A stretch of 64,000 nucleotides of DNA from positions 32,001 through 96,000 of the forward strand of contig CAVRUC010000005.1 of NCBI GenBank assembly GCA_963724295.1, written 5' to 3'. This document shows, in pieces, positions 40,244 through 49,936 of this stretch. Source of the DNA: an uncultured Chloroflexia bacterium. Lineage in GTDB: Bacteria; Chloroflexota; Chloroflexia; Thermomicrobiales; UBA6265. Positions within the stretch are counted from its first letter, which is position 1; the number at the start of each line of letters is the position of its first letter. The notes below the pieces were generated by a model. That model worked only from the letters and a program-made list of their open reading frames with translations, did not search any database and was not told the origin of the DNA. A program made the position numbers and the translations under genes.

Positions 40244-42697
40244 ATGGTGACTGCTACTCGCACTGAACAGAAGATGGTCACCGGCACCATCAATGGGCAG
40301 GAAGTGACCGTCCCCGCGGGGACGGTCATCCTTGAGGCTGCCCGCATGGCCGACATCGAAATTCCCAACCTCTGTTTCCAACCGCTCCTGCGGGCCTGGG
40401 GATCGTGCCGTATCTGCACCGTCGAGATCCTGGGCAAGCGGGGTGGATTGATCGAATCTTGCGCGACTCCACTCGCGGACGGCATGGAGGTGCTGACCCA
40501 CTCTCCAGAGGTGATGCAGGCACGGCAGTTCATCTTGCAGATGTACTTGATCGACCACGCGCTCGATTGCCCAACCTGCGATAAGTCCGGGGAGTGCTAC
40601 CTCCAGGACAACACCTACCTGCACAACATCCACGCTAATCCCTACCGCCGTCCCAAGTTCGCCCAGCCCTACGCTCACTTCAGTGAGCTCATCGACTACA
40701 AGTGGGACCGTTGCATCATGTGCAACCGGTGCACGCGGGTCTGTGACGAGGTCATCGGCGTGACCGCGATCGAGGGCGCGTACCGATCGCTCGAGGCGAC
40801 CATCGCCCCCGCCTACGGAGCTGACCTCACGGAGACGCTTTGCACTTCGTGTGGAATGTGCATCGCGGTCTGCCCTGTTGGGGCACTGACCGACCGCCAT
40901 TTCGGGCTCCACCCGTGGGAGCTCGATACGACGGAAACGATCTGTGGATTCTGCGATGTCGGTTGCACTCTCAACGTGGAAGCCAATCGCGGTCTGGTGC
41001 GTCGCGTGACAAACCTCTGGGAGCGCGGCACCAACCACGGCTACCTCTGCGAGCGCGGCAAATGGGGTCATGAACAGGTCCAGCATCAGGACCGGTTGTT
41101 TTATCCAACCATCCGCCGCGTGCAAGCCGACGGACGCACGCTTACCCACGAGGCGACCTGGGACGACGCCGTCGAGTACGTTGCCGAATCACTGGCGCAC
41201 TACCAGGGTGATCAGTTCGCGGCACTGGTCTCCCCTGACGCGACCAACGAGGAGGCTTACGTAGCCCAGGTCTTCACGCGCGCGGTGATGGCCAGTCCCC
41301 ACGTCGACCGCTTCCTCGGTCCAGCCCAGGCAGCGGTGGCCCACGCCACCAGCAAAGGTCTCGGCACCGACGTGTCAAACACCAATGACATGCAAGAGCT
41401 CTTCTCTGATGTCAAGGCGGGTCTCGTCGTCGGACCAAACATCGGCAAGGCCGCACCGATCGCTTCCTACTGGTTCTACCACTCGCAGCTCTACCGCGAA
41501 GCGAAGTACGTCGTTATCAGCCACGACGACTACCCGCTTGGCTGGCGATCGCCGATCTACCTGAAGCCGAATCCGGGGACCACCGCCGTCCTACTCAACG
41601 GCATCGCGCGAGCGATCCTCGACCTGGGGCTGGCACGGCCCGAAGCCGAGCGCGATCCTGGTCTTGCCGCGTGGCGAGCCAGCCTCGACGCGTACGATCC
41701 TGAGCGCGTCGTCTCGATCACCGGGGTCTCCGTTGATCTGATTCGCCAGGCCGCGATTCTCTACGCGACCGGCGGCGCGGGCCCGTCGGCGGATGCCGAG
41801 TACCCGGCATCGCTGATCTACCAGACCGTCGCCCATAACCAGCTGCCTGGATCCGGTCACGACGACTATGGAGATCCGGCCGAGATTGCGGCGGCCTGCA
41901 TCAATCTTTCCGTCATCACCGGAAATCTTGGTCGCCCGGGTGGGGGTGTCGCCAGCCCGCGCGGCCCGGCGAACTACCAGGGTGTCACCGATATGGGCGC
42001 CCATCCGGCCAGTCTGCCAGGCGGATTCGATGCCCTGGACGCCGAGGCACGGCTCCGGTTCGAAGCCGCCTGGATGCCGCATTGGGGCGATCGGGTGACG
42101 ACTGGAAACGGATTCGTTCCTGTTCGTCACCTCCCGACTTCGGCTGGTTTGAGCCTGGAAGAGCTGCCCCAGGCGATAGAGACCGGACGGGTCAAGGCAA
42201 TGATCGTCGGTAACGCGGTTGCCGGGCGGTTCGAGGCGGTCAATCCCGCGTTGCTGGACGCCCTGCCGAAGCTCGAACTGCTGGTCGTTACCGACTTCTA
42301 TGCCGGCACACCGCTCGGCAGTCTGGCGCACGTGGTTCTGCCGATGAGCATGTCGATGGAGAAAGACGGGACCTACACCTCGTTCGACCGCACGGTGCAG
42401 CGGTTGCGCGCCGCCGTTCCTCCCATGGGCGAGGCCAGGGACGGGATCGACATCTTCTCCCGCATCGCTCGCCGCATGGGCTACGGGATGAACTATCGTG
42501 GTCCCGCCCGGGTCGCTGACGAGATCGCCAAACTCGTTCCCGGATATGGCGGAATTACCTACGCTCGGCTCGAGCGCCAGGGCGTCCACGTCCCGGTGAC
42601 TTCGTACATCGACGCCGGAACGCCGCTTCTGTCGCCAGCCGCCGACAGCGCGGCCAAACTGACACCCAGGCTCGTTCCCGCCGGCTCTCTCAGCTAG
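40244..42697 (+). CDS. nuoG: NuoG/FdhA-like iron-sulfur oxidoreductase subunit (no catalytic Cys/Sec)
   Basis: 2Fe-2S (C..GSCRIC..C), HxxxCxxCxxxxxC, two 4Fe-4S motifs, ICGFCDVGC..LC; degenerate molybdopterin-type domain. Confidence 0.8.
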   Translation: MVTATRTEQKMVTGTINGQEVTVPAGTVILEAARMADIEIPNLCFQPLLRAWGSCRICTVEILGKRGGLIESCATPLADGMEVLTHSPEVMQARQFILQMYLIDHALDCPTCDKSGECYLQDNTYLHNIHANPYRRPKFAQPYAHFSELIDYKWDRCIMCNRCTRVCDEVIGVTAIEGAYRSLEATIAPAYGADLTETLCTSCGMCIAVCPVGALTDRHFGLHPWELDTTETICGFCDVGCTLNVEANRGLVRRVTNLWERGTNHGYLCERGKWGHEQVQHQDRLFYPTIRRVQADGRTLTHEATWDDAVEYVAESLAHYQGDQFAALVSPDATNEEAYVAQVFTRAVMASPHVDRFLGPAQAAVAHATSKGLGTDVSNTNDMQELFSDVKAGLVVGPNIGKAAPIASYWFYHSQLYREAKYVVISHDDYPLGWRSPIYLKPNPGTTAVLLNGIARAILDLGLARPEAERDPGLAAWRASLDAYDPERVVSITGVSVDLIRQAAILYATGGAGPSADAEYPASLIYQTVAHNQLPGSGHDDYGDPAEIAAACINLSVITGNLGRPGGGVASPRGPANYQGVTDMGAHPASLPGGFDALDAEARLRFEAAWMPHWGDRVTTGNGFVPVRHLPTSAGLSLEELPQAIETGRVKAMIVGNAVAGRFEAVNPALLDALPKLELLVVTDFYAGTPLGSLAHVVLPMSMSMEKDGTYTSFDRTVQRLRAAVPPMGEARDGIDIFSRIARRMGYGMNYRGPARVADEIAKLVPGYGGITYARLERQGVHVPVTSYIDAGTPLLSPAADSAAKLTPRLVPAGSLS

Positions 42698-42721
42698 ACC
42701 ACTACGGACTGGAGACTAAAC

Positions 42722-43246
42722 ATGTTCGACGAAGTCAAGGGGTTCCAGGTCACCTTCAAGCGGCTGTTCAAGCCCAACGTGACTATCGGCTACCCCGAAG
42801 AAAAACGGCACATGGCGCCGCGCTATCGCGGCTTGCCGTCGCTGCGGGCCGACCCGGATACGGGCGAGGCGCTCTGTGTGGCCTGCGGTCTCTGCGCCCG
42901 CATCTGCCCAACGTCCTGCCTCGAGATGCACATGGTGCCGTCTGAGGAGGGTGACCGGGAGTTGGGTGAGTTCATCCTCCGCTCCGGCCGCTGCCTGTTT
43001 TGCGGCCTCTGCTCGCAGGTCTGCCCGGTTGATGCCATCACTATGAGTCATGAGTACGAGCTTTCCGTCATGGACCGCGATGGTCTCATCTACACCAAGA
43101 CCGAGCTCGCGGCAATCGGCGCCCAGCTTCCCAACTGGTGGGAGGATGGCACCGGAGAGTTTGCCGGCGCCCCGGATGCCTGGGCGGGCACCCGCGACGG
43201 CAAAGCGCTGCTCGGGAAGGGTGTGGACTCCACGTCTCGCCGCTAG
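42722..43246 (+). CDS. nuoI: NADH-quinone oxidoreductase subunit I-like 2x[4Fe-4S] protein
   Basis: VTIGYPEEK..RYRG, CVACGLCARICP, CLFCGLCSQVCPVDAI, LIYTK. Confidence 0.88.
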   Translation: MFDEVKGFQVTFKRLFKPNVTIGYPEEKRHMAPRYRGLPSLRADPDTGEALCVACGLCARICPTSCLEMHMVPSEEGDRELGEFILRSGRCLFCGLCSQVCPVDAITMSHEYELSVMDRDGLIYTKTELAAIGAQLPNWWEDGTGEFAGAPDAWAGTRDGKALLGKGVDSTSRR

Positions 43247-43345
43247 CGGTCGACCAAAACTCGCAAACGACGAGGCTTGGCAACAGGCCCCGTGTCGTAT
43301 CATGCTGTCAGAATCTCGCATCCTCTCTCAGCGAAAGGCACCCAC

Positions 43346-44833
43346 ATGGCAACGACCGTTCAGCAGACCAAGCCCGACACGACGAGCGCCAGGAGCTATC
43401 CGATCTACGTTTCCGGCGAGTGGCAAACGTCGCAGGAGCCGCTTGCCGTCCGTAACCCCTTCTCAGGTGATGTCATCGGCGTCACCTATCAGGCCAGCCG
43501 GGAGCAGCTCGAGCAAGCCATTGTCGGCGCCGAGCGGGCTTTCGAGATCACGCGCAAGTCGCCGACCTACGAGCGAGTCGCACAGCTCAAGGCGATGGCC
43601 GCCGGCCTCAAGGAGCGTCGTGACGAAGTCGCGGGGATGATCGCCGCCGAAGCCGGCAAGCCGATTCGGGATGCGGAGATCGAAACCGATCGCGGCGTCT
43701 TTACCCTCGAAACCGCCGCCGAGGAAGCAAAGCGGATGGAAGGCGAGGTCATCCCGCTCGATCTGCTGCCCTCATCGAAGGGCCGGGCCGGCATCGTACG
43801 GCGTTTTCCCATTGGTCCCGTCGCCGGCATATCGCCGTTCAATTTCCCCCTCAACCTGGCACTCCACAAGATCGCGCCGGCGATTGCGTCAGGCAACACG
43901 ATCGTGCTCAAGCCGCCTTCCCGCGATCCGCTGACCATGCTGCTCTTCGCCGAGATCGTCGAGGCGTCCGGGGTGCCCAAAGGGGCGGTCAGCATCATGC
44001 CGATGGATCGCGAAGTCGGTGACGCCCTGGTGGAGGATCCTCGCTTCAAGCTCCTCTCCTTCACCGGGTCTCCGGACGTCGGTTGGGAGATGAAGCGCCG
44101 CGCCGGGATGAAGAAAGTCGTCCTCGAGCTTGGTGGTAATGCCGGAGTGATCGTCGATAAGGACGCCGATCTCGATTTCGCCGTGAACCGGATCCGCGTT
44201 GGCGCCTTTGCCTACTCCGGTCAGGTCTGTATTTCGGTGCAACGCGTTTACGTCGTCGAAGAGGTTTACGAGCTGTTCCGGGAGAAGCTGGTCGACGCGG
44301 TCAAGGGAATTCAGCTTGGAGACCCACTGGACCGCACCACCGATCTCGGTCCGATGATCGACGAGAAGGCGGTGACGCGAACGCAAACCTGGATCGACGA
44401 CGCGACGGCCGAGGGCGCGCGGGTTCTCACCGGCGGCTCGGCGGACCGGGGATTCTTCCAGCCAACCGTTATCGAGAACGCCGATCCATCCAGCTTCGTC
44501 TGCTCGAAGGAAGCGTTCGCTCCGCTGGTGACGATCGCCCCCGTGAAGTCGTTTGGTGAGGCTATCAGCAAGCTCAACGACTCCGAGTATGGCCTCCAGG
44601 CTGGAGTGTTCACGAACTCGCTGGAAAAAGCCCTCGCCGCCTTCGAGAACATCGAAGTCGGTGGCGTCGTAATCAACGACGTGCCGACGTACCGCATCGA
44701 CCACATGCCGTACGGTGGCGTAAAGGCTTCCGGGCTCGGCCGCGAAGGGCTGAAATACGCCATCGAAGACATGACCGAGCTGCGGCTGATGGTCCTCAAT
44801 CGCCTCGAAAGTGAAGCGGTCACGCTCGACTAG
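43346..44833 (+). CDS. Aldehyde dehydrogenase family protein
   Basis: PFNFPLNL, FTGS, LELGGN, GQVCIS, EAFAP, YGGVKASGLGREG. Confidence 0.93.
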   Translation: MATTVQQTKPDTTSARSYPIYVSGEWQTSQEPLAVRNPFSGDVIGVTYQASREQLEQAIVGAERAFEITRKSPTYERVAQLKAMAAGLKERRDEVAGMIAAEAGKPIRDAEIETDRGVFTLETAAEEAKRMEGEVIPLDLLPSSKGRAGIVRRFPIGPVAGISPFNFPLNLALHKIAPAIASGNTIVLKPPSRDPLTMLLFAEIVEASGVPKGAVSIMPMDREVGDALVEDPRFKLLSFTGSPDVGWEMKRRAGMKKVVLELGGNAGVIVDKDADLDFAVNRIRVGAFAYSGQVCISVQRVYVVEEVYELFREKLVDAVKGIQLGDPLDRTTDLGPMIDEKAVTRTQTWIDDATAEGARVLTGGSADRGFFQPTVIENADPSSFVCSKEAFAPLVTIAPVKSFGEAISKLNDSEYGLQAGVFTNSLEKALAAFENIEVGGVVINDVPTYRIDHMPYGGVKASGLGREGLKYAIEDMTELRLMVLNRLESEAVTLD

Positions 44834-44857
44834 GCAAAACCGACAAGTCGATCCTGA

Positions 44858-44894
44858 GGAACGGCCGCCAGGCATCGCCCCAGGCGGCCGTTCC
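44858..44894 (+). terminator. Stem-loop downstream of the ALDH gene
   Basis: GGAACGGCCGCC-N13-GGCGGCCGTTCC 12-bp perfect stem; no U tract. Confidence 0.55.
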
Positions 44895-44913
44895 ATGCCA
44901 GGAGGCATCTTCG

Positions 44914-46914
44914 GTGAAAACCATCGCCATCCACGATCTCGGTGATCGTCTGATCGCCGATCTGCGCGCCGACTACCCAAGCGGCGCCACGTTGGGTAGC
45001 GCCAGCGCGCAGCCGCTTCGTGATCGCCTCGCCCGATTCGGCGCGGAAGCGGGTCGCTCCGGAGTCAGGCTCGAGGAGGCGATGTCGGCCGCCATCGCCG
45101 CGCTGCAGGACTTCTTCGACCGAACAGGCGGCCAGGGTGGCGACCCAGCGACCGCGCTCGCGGCCGGAACGGCGCTCGCGGCATTAGCTGCCTCATTCCA
45201 TGAAGCGGAGAAATCCGTCAGCGGCGCCGAATCGCACGTCGGCGACGCCCCGCTGCCGTGGCTCGCCGCGCTCCACCGGATCAATCGCTCCGCAACCGCC
45301 GACCTCAACCTCTCGGACCGGTTGAAGACGGCCGTCCGGGTCCTGGCCGACACCACCGGCGCCGACGCCTGCAGCATCATGCTCTATGACGAGACCACCC
45401 ACACGCTGGCCCTGCGCGCCGCCGTTGGTCTCAACCCGGCAGCGGTTGGCGTGCTGACTCTCCATCCCGGAATGACGATCACCGGTTGTGCGGCCGCCGA
45501 GCAGCGGGTTATCGCGGCACCGGATGCCCGCCGCCACCCGTCGTATGCCCCAATTCCGGCCACCGGCGAAGATGTCTACGCATCCCAGATCTCGGTGCCC
45601 ATGGTACTCCGCCGCGGCGCAGAACCTGAAGTCCTGGTCGGTGTCATCAACCTCTTCACCCTGCAACGCCGCGAATTCTCAGAGGACGAAATTGCCTTCC
45701 TGCAAACGGTCGCCGGCGAGCTCGCCATTGGCATCGAGAACGCTCGCCTCTACAGCCGGACAGACGCGCGACTGCAGCGCAAGATCACTGAACTGGGCAC
45801 CATGCAGCGCGTCTCGCACACCATCGCCTCCACGCTCGACCTCGACGACGTGCTACGGCTGATCGCGGAGCAGGCGGTCGCGCTCTTCAACGTCGAAGCT
45901 GCCGCCATCATCCGATTCCCGGGACGATCGGGAGATCCGGCCGAGCCGCCAACCGTCGGCTATCGCGCCGGGCAGGCAAAAGACATCGTCGACGAACGAG
46001 GTCGGGACGAGGTTATCCGGGAGGTCATGAGGACGGGGGCGGCCCGCGCCGTCGATATGGATTATGTCGACGGATCAGGCCGGCTCTACTGCCTACCGCT
46101 GCGGTCTGCTCGCGAGCCGTTCGGCGCACTCTGCCTGCGCATGGCTCCTGACGCCGAGCTCCCCGAAGATGAGCTCGGTCTCTTGCAAGCGTTTTCGGAT
46201 GCGGCAACCGTCGCCATCGAAAACGCGACCCTCTATCAGGACGCCCGGCGCGGACTCGAAGTTGCATCAGCATTGCTCCAGGAAATGCACCACCGTGTGC
46301 GGAACAACCTGCAGACCGTCGCGGCACTGCTCTCGATTCAGCTTCGTCACAATGAAGGTGCGCCGTGGGCATCGCACCTGCGTGAGGCGATCAGCCGCGT
46401 CCAGGCCATCGCGGCCGTTCACGACCTGCTCAGCGACGAGCGAAGACTCGGTGGGACGACCGTCGACGTGATCGCCCGTCACGCCGCTGACGAGGCTTAT
46501 GGAACACTGACACCCCCCGGACTCACCGTCACGTTCGATGTCCCGGCGAGTGACGTCCGGGTGCCTTCGAAGCAGGCCACGATTCTTGCCCTGCTCATCA
46601 ACGAGCTCGTCGCCAACGCGGTGAAACACGGCTTCTCGGGAAGGGACCGCGGCACGATCGCGATCCGCGCTCACCAGGACCAGGGTGACGCTGTTATCGA
46701 AATCTGGAACGACGGCGAGGCAATTCCTGAGGACTTCGATCCGTCAGACGGTCATGGTCTGGGCATGCGGATCATCCAGCGTCTGGTCTCCGCCGATCTC
46801 CACGGCTCATTTCATATCGGTCCCAGCGACGGCGGATCAATCGCGATCCTCCGCTTCCCGATCGCTCAGGACGAAACCGCCGCCCTGACCATCGGGCCAG
46901 GTGCCGCGGGATAA
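44914..46914 (+). CDS. Soluble GAF-GAF sensor histidine kinase (HisKA_2, PdtaS-like)
   Basis: Two GAF domains, EMHHRVRNNLQ H-box, NELVANAVKHG, GLG; no TM. Confidence 0.88.
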   Translation: MKTIAIHDLGDRLIADLRADYPSGATLGSASAQPLRDRLARFGAEAGRSGVRLEEAMSAAIAALQDFFDRTGGQGGDPATALAAGTALAALAASFHEAEKSVSGAESHVGDAPLPWLAALHRINRSATADLNLSDRLKTAVRVLADTTGADACSIMLYDETTHTLALRAAVGLNPAAVGVLTLHPGMTITGCAAAEQRVIAAPDARRHPSYAPIPATGEDVYASQISVPMVLRRGAEPEVLVGVINLFTLQRREFSEDEIAFLQTVAGELAIGIENARLYSRTDARLQRKITELGTMQRVSHTIASTLDLDDVLRLIAEQAVALFNVEAAAIIRFPGRSGDPAEPPTVGYRAGQAKDIVDERGRDEVIREVMRTGAARAVDMDYVDGSGRLYCLPLRSAREPFGALCLRMAPDAELPEDELGLLQAFSDAATVAIENATLYQDARRGLEVASALLQEMHHRVRNNLQTVAALLSIQLRHNEGAPWASHLREAISRVQAIAAVHDLLSDERRLGGTTVDVIARHAADEAYGTLTPPGLTVTFDVPASDVRVPSKQATILALLINELVANAVKHGFSGRDRGTIAIRAHQDQGDAVIEIWNDGEAIPEDFDPSDGHGLGMRIIQRLVSADLHGSFHIGPSDGGSIAILRFPIAQDETAALTIGPGAAG

Positions 46915-46952
46915 GACCTTCCCTTTCGTCCTGCGATCAGAATTCCCTCTGC

Positions 46953-49016
46953 CTAATGGGCCTGCTCCGCCAGGGTCGTGCGGGTAGTCGAGGGCGCGAA
47001 TTGCTGCCGATAAAGCTTCGCGTACAAACCTCCGCGGTGCAGGAGCTCCGCATGCGTTCCGCGTTCGACGATGCGGCCCCGGTCTACGACCAGGATGACA
47101 TCCGCCGCGAGGATCGTGCTCAGCCGGTGCGCGATTGCGAGCGTGGTCCGATTGCGCATCAGTGGATCGAGCGCTGCCTGAATCAACCGTTCCGATCTCG
47201 TGTCCAGCGCGCTCGTCGCTTCGTCAAGGATCAAGATACGCGGATCCTTGAGAATGACGCGAGCGATGGCGACACGCTGCTTTTCTCCGCCAGACAGCTT
47301 GAAGCCGCGTTCGCCGACCACGGTCTCATATCTCTCTGGCAGCTCCATGACGCGGTCGTGAATCGCCGCCGCGCGCGCGGCCGCTTCGATCTCGTCCTGC
47401 GTCGCATCCAATCGCCCATACGCGATGTTTTCGCGGATCGTCGAATGGAATAGATACGTCTCCTGTGTGACGAGCCCGATCACGCTACCCAGACTCGCCA
47501 GCGTGATGTCTCGAACGTCAATGCCGTCGATCGACACTGCTCCGGAATCGACGTCGTAGATGCGCGGTACCAGCAAGGCAATCGTCGTCTTCCCTGACCC
47601 GCTCGGACCCACCAGTGCCGCGAGCTGCCCGGGTTCGATGTCGAAATCGATGTCGATCAGTTCAAACGGTTCTCGCCGCTGGGGCTCAGATACCACTTCC
47701 GGAACGACCACCTCGACATCGTCAGCCGCGCCGTCGCGCGCAAACGGAGCCGTGGGCGTTGGTAGGAGCGACTCAGCGCCAGGCGAGATCATGTCGAAAT
47801 CAGGATCGGCGCGAGGACGACGGCTTTCGCTCTTCAGATCAACAGCATCCTCTACCCGGCCCCCGCCACGCCCCGGCGTCGCGCCCGGATAACGGAAAGA
47901 GACATTGCGGAAGGAGACATGTCCTCGCACCTGCTTGGGATCGAGCGTGACCGCACTCTGGCGATCCGCGATTTCGACCGGTAGATCGAGGTACTCGAAT
48001 ATGCGATCGAACAGTGCGAACGCCACCTGAATCTCGACCTGGACATTGAGCATCTGACCCAGCGGGAAGAACAGCCGGCTCTGCAACGTCGTGAACGCCA
48101 CGATATCGCCGATCGTCAGAGACGCGTCTCCGCCGATGATCTGCACCCCGGCGTACCAGTACACGAACGCGGGCGTTATGGAGAAAAACGTCCCGATGAT
48201 CATGAAGAACCAGCGCCCTATCATCTGCTGCTTGATCTGGAGCGCGGTCAGCCGCTGATTGATCGCCTGGAAATCTGCGATCGCCCGGCTTTGGCGGCCA
48301 AACGCCTTGGTCAGCAGCATCCCGCTGACGGAGAGCGTCTCCTCGACCTGCGACGTCATGTCGGCGATGGTTTCCTGCGTTTCAGTCTTGACGTCCCGCC
48401 GCACCTCGCCGACCCTGTAGGTTATGAAAAGGAAAATCGGCAGCAGACCCAGCGAGATAAGCGTCATCTGCCAGGAGATCAACCACATGGCAATGATCGT
48501 GGAGATGGCGGTCGCCAGATTACTGACGATTGATGTCGCGGTATCCGTCACCACCTGCTGCACGCCACTGACATCGGAGTTCAGCCGGGCCTGAATCTCC
48601 CCGGTGCGCGTCGAGGTGAAGAAGCGCAACGGCATCCGTTGCAAGTGGCCATAGAGTGCGTCCCGCAAGTCCTGCATGACGCTCTGGCCGATGACCGTGT
48701 TGAGGTAGGTCTGCCCCACCCCGATGAGTCCCGTGACAATCGGCAGCGCGATCATCAGCCCGACATAGAGGTAGAGCCGGTTCAGATCCTGATTCGGAAT
48801 CGCGTCGTCGATGATTTGCTTGAGCAGGAAGGGATTGGCCAGGCCAATGAGGGCGACGGCTATGATGGCCACCACAGTCAGGGATACACGCAGCAAATAC
48901 GGCCGGAAGAATTGCAGAATGCGCCGTACGGTTTTGGTTGAGACGGGGCGCCGCTCCGACTCGGGCAGCGGAGCTGTCCGCATCAACCGACCGCCGCCGC
49001 CACCGACTCCGTGCAT
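46953..49016 (-). CDS. ABC exporter, fused permease and ATPase
   Basis: 6-TM domain, GPSGSGKT, LSGGEKQR, ILDEATS, IAHRL. Confidence 0.92.
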   Translation of the reverse strand: MHGVGGGGGRLMRTAPLPESERRPVSTKTVRRILQFFRPYLLRVSLTVVAIIAVALIGLANPFLLKQIIDDAIPNQDLNRLYLYVGLMIALPIVTGLIGVGQTYLNTVIGQSVMQDLRDALYGHLQRMPLRFFTSTRTGEIQARLNSDVSGVQQVVTDTATSIVSNLATAISTIIAMWLISWQMTLISLGLLPIFLFITYRVGEVRRDVKTETQETIADMTSQVEETLSVSGMLLTKAFGRQSRAIADFQAINQRLTALQIKQQMIGRWFFMIIGTFFSITPAFVYWYAGVQIIGGDASLTIGDIVAFTTLQSRLFFPLGQMLNVQVEIQVAFALFDRIFEYLDLPVEIADRQSAVTLDPKQVRGHVSFRNVSFRYPGATPGRGGGRVEDAVDLKSESRRPRADPDFDMISPGAESLLPTPTAPFARDGAADDVEVVVPEVVSEPQRREPFELIDIDFDIEPGQLAALVGPSGSGKTTIALLVPRIYDVDSGAVSIDGIDVRDITLASLGSVIGLVTQETYLFHSTIRENIAYGRLDATQDEIEAAARAAAIHDRVMELPERYETVVGERGFKLSGGEKQRVAIARVILKDPRILILDEATSALDTRSERLIQAALDPLMRNRTTLAIAHRLSTILAADVILVVDRGRIVERGTHAELLHRGGLYAKLYRQQFAPSTTRTTLAEQAH

Positions 49017-49088
49017 TGAACCCTTTCATTCTTCTATTTCTGGCTGCGGAACGAGCGGAGACGCGCCGGTCGCCCCGACCACTTCTGC

Positions 49089-49790
49089 TCAGGCGTTCCC
49101 GCGCTCAACCGCGATGACCGCGTCGCGACCGACGCGGTCGAGCCAGGTCAGAGCAGCCCGGGTCTGCGCCAGCCGCATATCCAGCACCATGTCGCCAAAG
49201 CTTGCTGAATCGGGGTCCTGCTTCTCCTCGACGTGCCCCTCACGCAGTCGGTTGGAAAACGATTCAACAAGCCTGGCGCATTGCTGCCGTTGCTCGTCCA
49301 CGAGGCGCACCGCGAGCGCTGGATCGAGCTGGAGGGCGAGATAGAGCTTGACCAGAAAATCAAGCCGAATCTCTCGGGTATGAGCGACAGGCTCAGCCAG
49401 CCATCGCCGGAGCTCGGTTCGTCCCGACGAAGACAGTGCGAAGAGCCGCCGCGCCGACCTCCCCATACCTGATTCAGGGACCACTGTGACCCAGCCAAGA
49501 CGTTCCAATTTTTTCAGATGGTGATAGACCATCCCTGGTTCCAATCGAACGACATTTCCAAGTGGAGCCTCGGGGCTGAATTGGCGAGCCAGATCGTAGC
49601 CGTGCCCAATGCCCGAATCGCTCAACGCCAGGAGTCCCAGGATCGCGTGCTCAGCGGCCATTCCCGGAACGACTGAGTCGCCGGAATCGTCATCTCGGGC
49701 AGGTGGTGGCGCGATCATGGCGGCACGAGCCCCGGCGGAATCGGACGCGATCCAAGGAGCGCGACGCTTGGGACGATAGACACCATTCAC
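49089..49790 (-). CDS. PadR-family transcriptional regulator
   Basis: AILGLL..HGYDL..MVYHHLKKLE..GRTELRRWL; start could be 49661. Confidence 0.85.
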   Translation of the reverse strand: MNGVYRPKRRAPWIASDSAGARAAMIAPPPARDDDSGDSVVPGMAAEHAILGLLALSDSGIGHGYDLARQFSPEAPLGNVVRLEPGMVYHHLKKLERLGWVTVVPESGMGRSARRLFALSSSGRTELRRWLAEPVAHTREIRLDFLVKLYLALQLDPALAVRLVDEQRQQCARLVESFSNRLREGHVEEKQDPDSASFGDMVLDMRLAQTRAALTWLDRVGRDAVIAVERGNA

Positions 49791-49936
49791 GCTCCTTCAC
49801 TCGGGCTCTGCTCCGAGCGACTCTCGCGGGTGAAGAATAACGTAGCCATACTGAATGCCGCGTTTTCAGAACACCACGCTCGGCCGAGCGCCGCGACATA
49901 CCCAACCGGGTAGACTCGTGAATCACGGGCCCGCAT

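Noticed and set aside
40244..42697. Selenocysteine formate dehydrogenase
   Set aside because: The ORF has no in-frame TGA, and the catalytic Cys/Sec-His segment is absent
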